From Anaeramoeba ignava BMAN (taxonomy: Eukaryota > Protista > Anaeramoebae), in the NCBI GenBank assembly GCA_028826165.1, contig JAPDFW010000109.1, positions 62,001 through 126,000 of the forward strand: a stretch of 64,000 nucleotides of DNA, in the 5' to 3' direction. Position 1 is the stretch's first letter. Every line of letters begins with the position of its first letter. Under the pieces are notes generated by a model, which was not told the origin of the DNA, did no database searches, and was given only the letters and a program-made list of their open reading frames with translations. This document shows positions 1 to 12,300 of the stretch, piece after piece. The position numbers and the translations under genes are program-made.

Positions 1-270
1 TTGAAATTGAAATTGAAATTGAAATTGAATTTTAAATTGAAATTAGATTTGAAATTGAAATTGAAATTGGATTTAGATTTGAAATTGAAATCGAAATTGA
101 AATTGAAATTAGATTTGAAATTGAAATTGAATTTAGATTTTAAATTGAAATTGAAATTGAAATTAGATTTTAAATTGAAATTGAAATTGAAATTGGATTT
201 TAAATTGAAATTGAAATTGAAATTGAAATTGAATTTAGATTTGAAATTGAAATTGAATTTTAGATTAAAA
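1..270. repeat. Intronic (TTGAAA)n degenerate hexamer repeat
   Basis: Direct tandem repeat downstream of the donor at 272 on the minus strand; explains the poly-KL ORF. Confidence 0.9.
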
Positions 271-272
271 AC

Positions 273-477
273 CTTCTGTTATTCTTTTCATTAAAGCTTC
301 AACTCCAACAAGATGATTTTCAATTTCTTGAAGTTCTGCATTTGGATCAGCTTTATCTCTAAAAATTGCAACAGCTCTTCCAAGTGGATTAAATTCACCT
401 TCTTTTTCTTTATATTCTGAATCAGTTGTTCTTAAAATTTCAATTAATTCTTGTTTTATATTATCAGGTTGATTCAT
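273..477 (-). CDS. First exon of an unidentified protein; gene runs off the left edge
   Basis: ATG at 477 preceded by TTTTCATTT motifs; non-repetitive 68 aa (MNQPDNIKQELIEIL...LMKRITE); GT donor at 272-271 followed by a hexamer-repeat intron. Confidence 0.6.
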
Positions 478-536
478 TAAAAAAATAAAATGAAAAGAAA
501 AAAATGAAAAAAATAATTTAATTTTTATTTTTATTT

Positions 537-2473
537 TTATTTTTGTGAAAATTCAAAAAAACTTTTTGAAAAAAGTGTCTTTTTGTTTTTTGAATCAAGA
601 GAATTTCTGAAAAAATAAATTTCACATTCTTTAAAATATCTTCGATTTTCTTCATCAACAAGAACAATATTTAAATAATAATTAACACTAAACTTATTAT
701 CAATATTTTGATAAGTTGGAGTTATATTTAAAGATTCCAAAAAGAAACGAATTGGAATTTTTTCACCTTTAACAACAGAACCATCCATTATTTCAAATTT
801 AGTAAGAGTTTCACTTTCTGTATAAATAATTGTTCCTGTTCCTGTGACTTCTCTTTTAATAATTGAAACTTCCATATATTTCAAACGTATTTTAACTTTT
901 AAATAAGAAACTTCACCTAAAACAACATCAAGAAGATGAAATCTAAAAAGTGGAACAAAAGTTTTGAATGAATTAAAAAATTCAATTAAAAAATTCAATT
1001 AAAAAATTCAATTAAAAAATTCAATTAAAAAATTCAATTAAAAAATTCACTTGGATTTCTCAATTCCAATTCTCATATCTAGTGAATTTGGTATTCCAAC
1101 TTCCATTTTAATTGAATCATTCTTTTTAGGAGCTTTTTTTATATTATTAACCCATATTTTAAAATCTTGAGTATCAGTTTTAGATTGTTTTTGAATAATA
1201 ACTCTAATTAGATAACTAAATTTATTTTAAATTTTAATTTTGATTTTAATTTTAATTTGATTTTGATTTTCATTTTCATTTTGATTTTGATTTTGAATTT
1301 GAATTTGAATTTTATTTTGATTTTAATTTTGATTTTGATTTTGATTTTGATTTTGATTTTGATTTTGATTTTGATTTTGATTTTGATTTTGATTTTGATT
1401 TTGATTTTGATTTTGATTTTGATTTTGATTTTAATTTGATTTTGATTTTGATTTTGATTTTGAATTTGAATTTGATTTTGATTTTGATTTTGATTTTGAT
1501 TTTGATTTTAATTTTGATTTTGATTTTGATTTTGATTTTAATTTTGATTTTGATTTTGATTTTTATTTTAATTTTGATTTTGATTTTGATTTTGATTTTG
1601 ATTTTCATTTTGATTTTGATTTTCATTTTGAATTTGATTTTGATTTTGATTTTGATTTTGATTTTGATTTTGAATTTGAATTTTGATTTTGATTTTGATT
1701 TTGATTTTGATTTTGATTTTCATTTTGATTTTGATTTTCATTTTGAATTTGATTTTGATTTTGATTTTGAATTTGATTTTGATTTTGATTTTAATTTTGA
1801 TTTTGAATTTTAAATTTGATTTTGATTTTAATTTAAATTTGAATTTGATTTTGAATTTGATTTTGATTTTAATTTTGATTTTAATTTTGATTTTAATTTT
1901 AATTTTGATTTTGATTTTCATTTTTAAATTAAATTAAATTAAATTAAATTAAATTAAATTAAATTAAATTAAATTAAATTAAATTAAATTAAATTAAATT
2001 AAATTAAATTAAATTTTAAATTTGCAAACTCAAGTTTTGCATTGATTCCATGATATGATTCATATTTCATTTGACAATTTTGAAAATTAAATGTATATTC
2101 TTGATGAATTTCAATTTTATTTTTTTCATTTAAATTTTTTGTAATTTTAATAAAATCATGTGTTGTTCCTTTTTCATAAAGCATTCCTAATTAATTAATT
2201 AATTAATTAAAAATTTATAAATAAAAATTTATAATTAAAAATTTATAAATAAAATTTTATACGAATTTGTCCAATAAATTGTATTTGAATTTTCTCAATA
2301 ATTTGCTTCTTATTGTGTTTTTGATCAATAATAACTGTTCCAGAAATTGTTTCTCCATCTGAAAAAATTGGTAATTCTTTCTTTTTCTTTTTATCAGAAA
2401 TTTCTTTTTTTTGTAAATTTTCAAAATTATCAAAAATTAATGAAATGAATTTTTTTTGTTTTTTTGAACTCAT
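537..2473 (-). CDS. VPS26: Retromer subunit VPS26 (arrestin fold); exons 2473-2263, 2186-2030, 1215-1052, 942-537
   Basis: Spliced protein has FSDGETISG, IQFIGQI, YESYHGINAKL, SIKMEVGI, KFEIMDG, IPIRFFL, KFSVNYYLNIVLVDEENRRYFK; all three introns are GT-AG and phase-compatible. Confidence 0.93.
1225..2015. repeat. VPS26 intron 2 filled by (GATTTT)n then (AAATT)n
   Basis: Direct tandem repeats inside intron 1216-2029. Confidence 0.95.
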
Positions 2474-2575
2474 TTTAAAAATTAGAAATGAAAATTTTTA
2501 AAAATTAGAAATGAAAAATGAAAATTTTAAAAATTAGAAATGAAAAATTTAAAATTGAAAATTGAAAAATTTTTT

Positions 2576-5500
2576 TTAATTTAAATCAATTATAATTGAA
2601 TCAATTATTGAATTTGTATTTAATTGATAATAATCTTTAACATCTCTTAATTCTTCAATAAATCCTTCAATAAATTGTTTATCCACTTTTGATTTTTCAA
2701 ATTCATCATGATAAAAAAAATAGATTAATTGATTAATTGTGTGAAATGATTTTCCTGAATAATCATGAACTTGATTAGAAGAATCTGAAACATTTAATTC
2801 AAACATTCCTTTGAATAATTCACTTCTTAATATTAAAATCAATTTATGAACTTTGATTTCTTTTTCTTCACAAATTATTGTGAAATCTTTGGTTGATTCT
2901 TGTTGATACAATTTGGATAAATCTTTTATCAATCCTTTTCTTCCCTTTTTGGATTCAATCCATTTGGAATCAATTCCAATTTCTTGGAAAAAATCTGTAA
3001 TTTTCTTTTCTTGTTCTTTTTCATTTCCTTCTAAAATCAAATTAAACTTGTGCTTATTTTGAATTATTCCAGTTATTTTTTCTTTTTTGGATGGGTTCAT
3101 CTTCATTTGCTCAAATAATTTTTGATTGATTTCTTCAAAATCAAAAAATCCTGTATAAAGAAAATTCAAAACAATTTGAACTTCGTCTTTTGGCTTTTCA
3201 TGACAAATATTGATGAATTTTTGCAAAATTTCTTCATCATTATCAAATCTTGTTAGAAGAATCAATTTATGAACATGGAATTTGAAGGAATCATTGCATT
3301 CAATTCTGTAATCGGAAAAAACTTGTGAAATGAATAGTTTGTGCATATCTTGGTTCAGAGAATAAATTTTGGAGAATATTCGATAAAACAAAAGTGTAAT
3401 TTCGTTTTTGGCTAAATCATAAACATTTGCATCATTCATTAATAGGAATTGGATTATATTTTGTAAGTTTTTTTCGATTGAAATTGATAAAGGTGTTTCA
3501 TCTCGATGTGTTTTTGCATTGATATCCAATCCCTTTTCAACAAAATATTTGATGGTTTTAAGCGGCAAATTCCTTCTACAAGCAAAATGCAAAACTGTTG
3601 CATCATCAGGTGTTTTTTCATTAACATCAAGTCCTTTATCAACTAAATATTGAATAATTTCAGTTGGACAATAACTTAAACAAGAAAAATGCAGAAGGGA
3701 TTGTCCCGATTGTGTTTTTGAATGGATGTCTGCTCCTTTGGAAATTAAATATTTGACAACCTCGAATAAATTGGTTGGATTTCTGAAGGCATGATGCAAA
3801 GGTGTTTCATTGTTGTTTGCTTTAGCGTTGATATCGGCTCCATTTTCAACAAGACACTTTATAATTTCAAGTGAATTTCTGTATGTACAAGCATAATGCA
3901 AGGGTGTGTATTTTGAATTTGCTTCTACATTCACATCTGCTCCTTTTGAGATCAAATACTTGATGGTTTCAAGTGAATTGCGTCGAGAGGCATAATGCAA
4001 AGCAGTTTCTGAGTTATATGCTTTCTTGTTGATATCAATTCCTCCTTTTTCAACTAAATATTGGATTTCTTCAACCGAATAACTATATTGGCAAGCATAG
4101 TGCAAAATATTCTCTTTATCAACTGTTTCATCTTTGGTATCAGCTCCTTTTTCAATTAAATATCGGATAATTTCAAAAGGTTGTTTGCTTTGAAAAGCAT
4201 AAAGTAAAGTACTTTTATTCCTAAATTTTAATTTTGCATTGATATCAACTCCCTTTTCAACCAATATTTGCACAACTTCATAGGATAAATTCCTGTTTTC
4301 ACAAGCAAAGCATAAAGTTGTTTGATTTTGCCTTGTTTTGGCATTGGTATCAATTCCACTTTCAATCAAATATTTGATGATTTTCATTGTGTTTTTTTGG
4401 CAAGCATAATGTAAAGCATTTTTGCTTTGCTTAGATTGCGCATAAATATCAGCTCCTTTTGAAACTAGGTATTTAATCAATTCGATAGAGTTATTATATA
4501 CACAAGCATAGTGAAAAGGGGTTTCGTTTTGATAATTTTTTGCATTTATATCAAATCCTTTTGCAACCAAATATTTGATCACATTAAGTGAGCTTGTTTT
4601 GCAAGCCAAATGAAAAGCAGTTTCATTTGTCCTTGTTAGAGAGTTCATATCAGCTCCTTTTGAAATTAAGTATTTGACAACCTCGAGAGAGTTGTTATAT
4701 TCACAGGCATAGTGCAAAGGAGTTTCGTTTCTATTGTTTTTTGCATTGACATCGAATCCTTTTTCAACTAAATATTTGATCACTTCAAAAGAATTACTTC
4801 TGCAAGCCAAATGCAGTCCTGTTTCTTGGCTGCTTGTTTTCACATCAATATCTGCTCCCTTTTCAATCAAATATTTGACTACTTTGATAGAGCTATTTTT
4901 GCAAGCATAGTGCAATACTGCTCTTTGTTTTGAATCAAACAATGAAGAAACAGTAGATATTGCATTGATATCAATTCCCTTTTCAACCAGATATTTGATC
5001 ACTTCAAAAGAATTACTTCTGCAAGCAAAATGCAATGCTGTTTCATTTGTGTTTGCATACTCTTTGATATTAGCTCCGTTTTCCACTAAATATTCCAGTA
5101 CATCAATTGAATTTGTTTTTGAAGCATAATGCAATGCACACATTTCTTTGGTTTCAAACAATGAATCAATTCGCGTTTTTTCATTGATATTAATTCCCTT
5201 TTCAACCAAAAACGTGATCACTTCAATGGAGTTATTTCTACTTGCAAAATGCAAAGCTGTTTGATTGCCAATTGTGATTTCATAAATATATGCTCCTTTT
5301 GAAATTAGAAATTCCATAAAATCAACTGAGTTGTTTTGATTTAAGCAGGCATAATGCAAAACTGTTTTATAATTATTTGATTTTGCATTAATATCAACTC
5401 CTTTTTCAATCAAAAATTTAATGAATTTAATCAAATTCTTTTGTGCTTTAGCAGCGTAATGCAAGACTGTTTTATTCCCATTTGTTTTGGCATTAATATC

Positions 5501-6376
5501 AACTCCTTTTTCAATCAAATACTCAATAATTTCCATTGAATTGTTTATGTTTTGATTTTGAGCAGCATAATGCAAAGCTATTTCTGAATTATTTTTTTTT
5601 GCATTGACATCAATTCCTTTTTCAGCCAAATATTTTACAAATTTAATAGAGCTATATTTACAGGCGTAATGCAGAGCTGTTGCATTTCTATTTGTTTTTG
5701 CATTAATATCAACTCCCTTTTCAATCAAATACTCAATAATTTCCATTGGATTATTTATATTTTGATTTTTACAGAAATAATGCAAAATAGTTTCATGCCG
5801 ATTTGTTTTTGCATTGATATCAACTCCCTTTTCAAGTAAATACTTGATCATTTCAATACTAGAATTATATTTACAAACATGATGTAAGACTGTTTCGTTT
5901 CTACTTGTTTTTGCATCAATATCAACTCCTTTTTCAATTAAATAATTGATAATTTCCATCGAATTATTTTTACAAGCATAATACAAAACTGTTTCTTTAT
6001 TACTTGTTTTTTCATTGATATCAATTTCCTTTTCAATCAAAAATCTTATAATTGCAATTTTGGAATTATTTTGACAAGCTAAATGTAAAAGTGTTTCTTT
6101 TTGCTTTGTTTTGCAATGAATTTCAAATCCCTTCTCTACTAAATATTTTAAAATCTTAATCCCTAAATTATTTATAACTGCAATTTGGAGAGTATTTTCT
6201 TGTCTTGGATTTGTTCCTTTTCTAATTAAATATTCAATAATTTCTTTTGAAACTTTTTTTTTAATTGCAAAATTCAAAATTTTTTTTAATTCTTTTATTG
6301 ATTTTTTTTGTAAAAATGATTTAAACTTTTTCAATAAGCTAATATCATTTTTTTGAATAATTTCCCAAATATCCAT
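2576..6376 (-). CDS. Intronless ankyrin-repeat protein (roughly 28 repeats) with two C-terminal BTB/POZ domains
   Basis: 33-34 aa repeats T(A/P)LHYAC...YLIEKGADINAKT; BTB motifs FSDYRIEC..FHVHKLILLTR and DFTIICEEKEIKVHKLILILRSELFKGMF; true ATG likely 6376 (MDIWEII, matching paralog MNIWDAI) because the longer ORF overlaps the upstream gene. Confidence 0.9.
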   Translation of the reverse strand: MDIWEIIQKNDISLLKKFKSFLQKKSIKELKKILNFAIKKKVSKEIIEYLIRKGTNPRQENTLQIAVINNLGIKILKYLVEKGFEIHCKTKQKETLLHLACQNNSKIAIIRFLIEKEIDINEKTSNKETVLYYACKNNSMEIINYLIEKGVDIDAKTSRNETVLHHVCKYNSSIEMIKYLLEKGVDINAKTNRHETILHYFCKNQNINNPMEIIEYLIEKGVDINAKTNRNATALHYACKYSSIKFVKYLAEKGIDVNAKKNNSEIALHYAAQNQNINNSMEIIEYLIEKGVDINAKTNGNKTVLHYAAKAQKNLIKFIKFLIEKGVDINAKSNNYKTVLHYACLNQNNSVDFMEFLISKGAYIYEITIGNQTALHFASRNNSIEVITFLVEKGININEKTRIDSLFETKEMCALHYASKTNSIDVLEYLVENGANIKEYANTNETALHFACRSNSFEVIKYLVEKGIDINAISTVSSLFDSKQRAVLHYACKNSSIKVVKYLIEKGADIDVKTSSQETGLHLACRSNSFEVIKYLVEKGFDVNAKNNRNETPLHYACEYNNSLEVVKYLISKGADMNSLTRTNETAFHLACKTSSLNVIKYLVAKGFDINAKNYQNETPFHYACVYNNSIELIKYLVSKGADIYAQSKQSKNALHYACQKNTMKIIKYLIESGIDTNAKTRQNQTTLCFACENRNLSYEVVQILVEKGVDINAKLKFRNKSTLLYAFQSKQPFEIIRYLIEKGADTKDETVDKENILHYACQYSYSVEEIQYLVEKGGIDINKKAYNSETALHYASRRNSLETIKYLISKGADVNVEANSKYTPLHYACTYRNSLEIIKCLVENGADINAKANNNETPLHHAFRNPTNLFEVVKYLISKGADIHSKTQSGQSLLHFSCLSYCPTEIIQYLVDKGLDVNEKTPDDATVLHFACRRNLPLKTIKYFVEKGLDINAKTHRDETPLSISIEKNLQNIIQFLLMNDANVYDLAKNEITLLFYRIFSKIYSLNQDMHKLFISQVFSDYRIECNDSFKFHVHKLILLTRFDNDEEILQKFINICHEKPKDEVQIVLNFLYTGFFDFEEINQKLFEQMKMNPSKKEKITGIIQNKHKFNLILEGNEKEQEKKITDFFQEIGIDSKWIESKKGRKGLIKDLSKLYQQESTKDFTIICEEKEIKVHKLILILRSELFKGMFELNVSDSSNQVHDYSGKSFHTINQLIYFFYHDEFEKSKVDKQFIEGFIEELRDVKDYYQLNTNSIIDSIIIDLN

Positions 6377-6431
6377 TTTTTTTTTTGGAAAATGAAAAAT
6401 GAAAAATGAAAAAAAAAAATTGATTAATTCT

Positions 6432-7778
6432 TTAAAGAAAATAACATTCCAATTCTTCAACTTTCCATTGATCTGGTGAACCAGTTAAATAACTTTGAGC
6501 TTCAATTGATCCAACAACTAAACCTTTTGGTAAATGATAAGAATAACCCAAATCAATAAAACCAGGTTGTAAATCAGAATGAAGGAAAAGATCATTTCCA
6601 GCTCCAAAATAGGGACCATGACTAATATGATAATAAAGAGCAGTTTCTTCTTCTCCTTTACGAAGAGGGAATTTTTGAGGAGGATCGTTTTTGGGGTTTT
6701 TCAAAGTGTAAATAAATGCTTTACTATCAGGAATACAACCGCCACTATAATGTCTATCATAAGAATGCCAATAGAACTTGTTATCTGTCCATCCAGTTCG
6801 TGTAAATCCTCCAAAAATATAATTTTCAGTTGTTTTGATAATAGCAAGTGTTGCTAATTTACTATCACATATTTTGTGGAAATCTTCACTTGTAAATCCA
6901 TCTTTTTTTGCTGAAAATCCAAGTTTCATTCTGTTATAAAAATCATCATCATTGATCCATTCTTTTAATTTTTGCATGTATTCCAAATCATTGATAATTG
7001 TTGAATTTTCAAATGGTTTTTTTAGTTTGTTTTCATTAATTAATGAATCTTTGTTTTTTTCTTGTTTTTGATTTTCTGAATCTAATATTTCTTTGATTTG
7101 ATTTTGATTTTCCTTTAAATTTTCTATCAAATCATTTGATTTGGAATCTTTCCATTTATCAAAAAAATTAATAGCATCAATAACTCTTTCAGATTGTTTT
7201 TTGATATTCATCATGATTTTGTTCATTTGATTTTCTGAAAAATCAAAAACTTTTTCATCTTTAAGGAAATCATTTGGATGATTTGAGATGAAATTCAAAC
7301 AAGATTCTTCAATTAATTCTGATTTAATTGATTGATTTAAAGAAATAATTTTAATCACATTTTCTTTATTGATTTTTTGATTGATTTGTTTTTCAAGAAT
7401 ATTTGGAAGAATTGGTAATTGAAATTTAAAAGAAGCAGCCCAAAAATCAATTAAATCTTTTTCTTCAAAATTAATCTCAGTTTTGTAAATATAAATCAAT
7501 ATATTTTCCATAATTGAAGGTTGAATTTGTGGGAATTCAATTTCTTTTAAATCTGGTTTTTGTTTAAAAATTTCCCTAAAAAAAAAACTTCTTCTGTTTA
7601 AAATTACTTTGTGAGCATAAAAAATTGTTTTTTCTTTTCCAACAAAGATTTTAAAATCTGAAAATTCTTCGTTTGTTGTAATTTGGAACGTTTTGAAATC
7701 TTCGATTATTTGATTTTTAATTTTTTCTTCGTCACTTGGTTCTTGTTCTATTTCACGCATTGGAATAAATTCATCCAT
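6432..7778 (-). CDS. BTB/POZ(-BACK) + TLDc domain protein, copy 1
   Basis: FSDFKIFVG..FYAHKVILNRRSFFF (BTB); KDGFTSEDFHKICD, YIFGGFT, GPYFGAGNDL, VEELECY (TLDc). Confidence 0.9.
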   Translation of the reverse strand: MDEFIPMREIEQEPSDEEKIKNQIIEDFKTFQITTNEEFSDFKIFVGKEKTIFYAHKVILNRRSFFFREIFKQKPDLKEIEFPQIQPSIMENILIYIYKTEINFEEKDLIDFWAASFKFQLPILPNILEKQINQKINKENVIKIISLNQSIKSELIEESCLNFISNHPNDFLKDEKVFDFSENQMNKIMMNIKKQSERVIDAINFFDKWKDSKSNDLIENLKENQNQIKEILDSENQKQEKNKDSLINENKLKKPFENSTIINDLEYMQKLKEWINDDDFYNRMKLGFSAKKDGFTSEDFHKICDSKLATLAIIKTTENYIFGGFTRTGWTDNKFYWHSYDRHYSGGCIPDSKAFIYTLKNPKNDPPQKFPLRKGEEETALYYHISHGPYFGAGNDLFLHSDLQPGFIDLGYSYHLPKGLVVGSIEAQSYLTGSPDQWKVEELECYFL

Positions 7779-7925
7779 TTTTTAAATGAAAAAAAATGAA
7801 AAAAAAAATTTTTCAATTATTTTTTTTTTTGCTTTTTGTTTTTGGGATGAGAATTTATTATTTTAAGGAAAAAACTAAAAATGTTTTTAATTTTGAAAAA
7901 TGAAAAAAAAAAATTGATTAATTCT

Positions 7926-9269
7926 TTAAAGAAAATAACATTCCAATTCTTCAACTTTCCATTGATCTGGTGAACCAGCTAAATAACTTTGAGCTTCAAT
8001 TGATCCAACAACTAAACCTTTTGGTAAATGATAAGAATAACCCAAATCAGTAAAACCAGGTTGTAAATCAGAATGAAGGAAAAGATCATTTCCAGCTCCA
8101 AAAAAGGGACCATGACTAATATGATAATAAAGAGCGGTTTGTTCTTCTCCTTTACGAAGAGGGAATTTCTGAGGAGGATCGTTTTTGGGGTTTTTCAAAG
8201 TGTAAAGAAATGGATTGCTATCACAGAGACATCCACCACTATAATGTCTATCATAAGGATGCCAATAGAACTTATTATATGTCCATCCAGTTTGTGTAAA
8301 TCCTCCAAAAATATAATTTTCAGTTGTTTTGATCACAACAAGTGCTGGTTTGCTATCACATAATCTGTGGAAATCTTTGCTTGTAAATCCATCTTTTTTT
8401 GCTGAAAATCCAAGTTTCATTCGGTTATAAAAATCATCGTCAAGCCATTCTTTTAATTTTTGCATGTATTCCAAATCATTGATAATTGTTGAATTTTCAA
8501 ATGGTTTTTTTAGTTTGTTTTCATTAATTAATGAATCTTTGTTTTTTTCTTGTTTTTGATTTTCTGAATCTAATATTTCTTTGATTTGTTTTTGGTTTTC
8601 CTTTAAATTTTCTATTGAATCATCGTTTGATTTGGGATCTTTCCATTTATCAAGCAAACTAATAGCATCAATAACTCTTTCAGATTGTTTTTTGATATTC
8701 GTCTTGATTTTGTTCATTTGATTTTCTGAAAAATCAAAAACTTTTTCATCTTTAAGGAAATCATTTGGATGATTTGAAATGAAATTCAAACAAGATTCTT
8801 CAATTAATTCTGATTTAACTGATTGATTTAAAGAAATAATTTTAATCACATTTTCTTTATTGATTTTTTGATTGATTTGTTTTTCAAGAATATTTGGAAG
8901 AATTGGTAATTGAAATTTAAAAGAAGCAGCCCAAAAATCAATCAAATCTTTTTCTTCAAAATTAATCTCAGTTTTGTAAATATAAATCAATATATTTTCC
9001 ATAATTGAAGGTTGAATTTGCGGGAATTCAATTTCTTTTAAATCTGGTTTTTGTTTAAAAATTTCTTCAAAAAAAAAGCTTCTTTTGTTTAAAATTACTT
9101 TGTGAGCATAAAAAATTGTTTTTTCTTTTCCAACAAAGATTTTAAAATCTGAAAATTCTTCGTTTGTTGTAATTTGGAACGTTTTGAAATCTTTGATTAT
9201 TTGATTTTTAATTTTTTCTTCGTCACTTGGTTCTTTTACTTGTGCTTGAATTTGGTTAAATGCAATCAT
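7926..9269 (-). CDS. BTB/POZ(-BACK) + TLDc domain protein, copy 2 (tandem duplicate)
   Basis: Near-identical to 6432-7778, including the 3' flank. Confidence 0.9.
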   Translation of the reverse strand: MIAFNQIQAQVKEPSDEEKIKNQIIKDFKTFQITTNEEFSDFKIFVGKEKTIFYAHKVILNKRSFFFEEIFKQKPDLKEIEFPQIQPSIMENILIYIYKTEINFEEKDLIDFWAASFKFQLPILPNILEKQINQKINKENVIKIISLNQSVKSELIEESCLNFISNHPNDFLKDEKVFDFSENQMNKIKTNIKKQSERVIDAISLLDKWKDPKSNDDSIENLKENQKQIKEILDSENQKQEKNKDSLINENKLKKPFENSTIINDLEYMQKLKEWLDDDFYNRMKLGFSAKKDGFTSKDFHRLCDSKPALVVIKTTENYIFGGFTQTGWTYNKFYWHPYDRHYSGGCLCDSNPFLYTLKNPKNDPPQKFPLRKGEEQTALYYHISHGPFFGAGNDLFLHSDLQPGFTDLGYSYHLPKGLVVGSIEAQSYLAGSPDQWKVEELECYFL

Positions 9270-9339
9270 TTTAAATGAAAAAAAATGAAAAAAAAGAATT
9301 TAAAAAAAATTTTTTTTTCTTTTTTAATTTAATTTTTTT

Positions 9340-12300
9340 TCAAAATATTTCGCAGTTGTTTTTAGTTGAAGATTTGATGATATTTTTTGGAGTATTTCCT
9401 GATTCAATAATTTCAAATGTTTCAAAAGATTTTTGTTGAATAATTTTTCTTTTAAAATCTTCATCATTTAAATATAAATCAATTATTGAATTTGTGTTTA
9501 ATTGATAATAATCTTTAATATCTTCAAATTCTTCAATTATTTTTTGATTAATTGTTATTTCTTCAAATTCATCATGATATAGAAAATAAATTAATTGTTG
9601 AATTGTTTCAAATGTTTTTTTAGAATAATCATGAACTTGATTAGAAGAATCTGAAATATTTAATTCAAACATTCCTTTAAATAATTCACTTCGTATTATT
9701 AATATTAATTTATGAACTTTGATTTCTTTTTCTTCACAAATTATTGTAAAATCTTTTTTTGTTTCATTTGAATTCATATAATTTTGATAAATCTGTTTTT
9801 ATTCCTTTTCTTCCTTTTTTATTTTCAATCCATTTTGAATCAATTCCAATTTCTTTAAATATTTTTTCAATTTTTCTATTATTTTTTTTAATTATTTCTG
9901 AAAATGTTTTTGGATTTGAATTATTTTGATGATAAATAAAATTAATAAATTGTTGAAAATTTGGAAATCCTGTATAAAGAAAATTTAAAATAATTTCAAC
10001 TTCTTCTTTTGATTTTTGTAAACATATATTTTGGAATTTTTTTAATAATATTTCATTATTATCAAATCTTGTTAAAAGAATTAATTTATGAACTTGAAAT
10101 ATTGAAGAATCATTGCATTTAATTTCAAAATCTGAGAAAAATTTTGAATTAAATAATTTATTCATATCTTCATTTAATGAATAAATTTTTGAAAATGATT
10201 GAATAAATTGTTGTGTTAAATCATTTTCATTTAAATCAAAAAGATTAACATCATTAATTAATAATATTTTGATAAATTTTTCATTATTTTTTGATATTGA
10301 GATTGATAATGGTGTTTCATTTCGATTTTGGTTTTGATTTTGAATATTAATATCAGCTCCTTTTTCAATCAAATATTCAAAAATTTCAAATGCTAAATTT
10401 TGTTTACAAATATAATGTAAAATTGTTTCATTTTGATTTGTTTTTGAATTAATATCAATTCCTTTTTCAATAAAATATTTGATTAATTCATTTAGGTTAT
10501 TTTGAATTTGAAAATAATTTTGAATCATATAATGTAAAATTGTTTTATTATCATTTGTTTTAACATTAATATCAATTCCCTTTTCAACAAGATATTTGAT
10601 AATTTCTATTGGAATATTTCGATTTTGAACAGCAAAATACAATGGAGTTTCATTATTATTTGTTTTTGAATTAATATCAATTCCTTTTTCAATTAAATAA
10701 TTGATAGTTTCTAATGAATTGTATTGGCAAGCAATATGTAATGCATTTTTATTATAATATTTTGTTTTAACATTAATATCAGCTCCCTTTTCAATCAAGT
10801 ATTTGATAATTTCAAATGTATTATATCGACAAGCAATATGTAAAATAGTTTCATCTTGATTTGTTTTTGAATTAATATCAAATCCTTTCTTAATAAGATA
10901 TTTTATTAATTCAAATGAGTTTTGTTGGCAAGCATAATATAAAATTGTTTCATCTTGATTTGTTTTTGAATTAATATCAATTCCTTTTTTAATTAAATAT
11001 TTGATAATTTTTAAAGAATTTTGTTGGCAAGCATAATGTAAAGGGTGTTTGATTTTGATTTGTTTTTGCATTAACATCAGCTCCTTTTTCAATCAAATAT
11101 TTGATAATTTCAAATGAAATTTTTGGGTTTTGACAAGCATAATGTAAAGCTGTTTGATTATAATTTGTTTTTGCATTAATATCAGCTCCTTTTTCAATCA
11201 AATATTTGATAATTTCTAAGGAGATACTTTTTTGTTTGCAAGCATAATGTAATGGTGTTTCATTTTGATATGAATTTGAATTAATATCAGCTCCGTTTTC
11301 AATCAAAAGTTTAATCAAAGGAATATTAAGATTATTATTTCTTAAAATGATATGTAATGGTGCTTGATTTTGATTTGATTTTGAATTAATATCAATACCC
11401 TTTTCAATTAAATATTTGATAATTTCAAGATTAGGATTTTGATTATATATAATAAGTATATGCAATAATGTTTCATTTTGATTTGTTTTTGCATTAATAT
11501 CAGCTCCTTTTTCAATCAAATATTTGATAATTTCTAAGGAGATATTTTGATTTTGTAAAGCAATAAATAGAGGAGTTTCATTATTATTTGTTTTTGAATT
11601 AATATCAGCTCCGTTTTCAATTAAATATTTAATAATTTCAATATTAGTATTATATAATCGACAAACATAATGCAAAGGTGTTTGATTTTGATTTGTTTTT
11701 GCATTAATATCAGCTCCATTTTCAATAAAATATTTGATAATTTCAACATTAGTATTATATTGTAAAATACAATGTAAAGCTGTTTCATTATTATTTGTTT
11801 TTGCATTAATATCAGCTCCATTTTCAATAAAAAATTTGATAATTTGGATACTAGAATGGCATTGTTTGCAAGCAAAATGTAAAGCTGTTTCATTTTGATT
11901 TGTTTTTGCATTAATATCAATATCATTTTCAATCAAATATTTAATAACTTCAAGATTAGGAGTGTGTTTACAAGCATAATGTAAAACTGTTTCATTTTGA
12001 TTTGTTTGTTGATAAATATCAACTTCATTTTCAACTAAATATTTGATAATTTCAATATTAGGATTACTTTGTTTACAAGCCAGATGTAAAACTGTTTCGT
12101 TTTGATTTGTTTGTTGATAAATATCAACATCATTTTCAACTAAATATTTGATAAGTTTCAGATTACTTTGATAAGTTTCGAATGCATAATGTAATACTGT
12201 TTTATTATCACTTGTTTTGGCATTAATATCAGCTCCTTTTTTAATTAAATACATAACAATATCAACAAAATCATGATATTGTGAAAATTTATATGTAGGT

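Noticed and set aside
1257-1937. Poly-IL/IK/FD ORFs here and similar ORFs at 14-15, 40.7-41, 46-47 and 52.4-56.2 kb
   Set aside because: Translations of 6- or 12-bp repeats inside inferred introns or intergenic arrays
6377-6460. N-terminal extension of the 1294-aa ankyrin ORF
   Set aside because: Overlaps the upstream gene's end and the poly-T/Inr region; the paralog starts at the MDIW-equivalent Met
9760-9775. Euplotes-type +1 programmed frameshift at AAA-TGA
   Set aside because: Only one disruption has this context; the others are not at stop codons and lie in homopolymers
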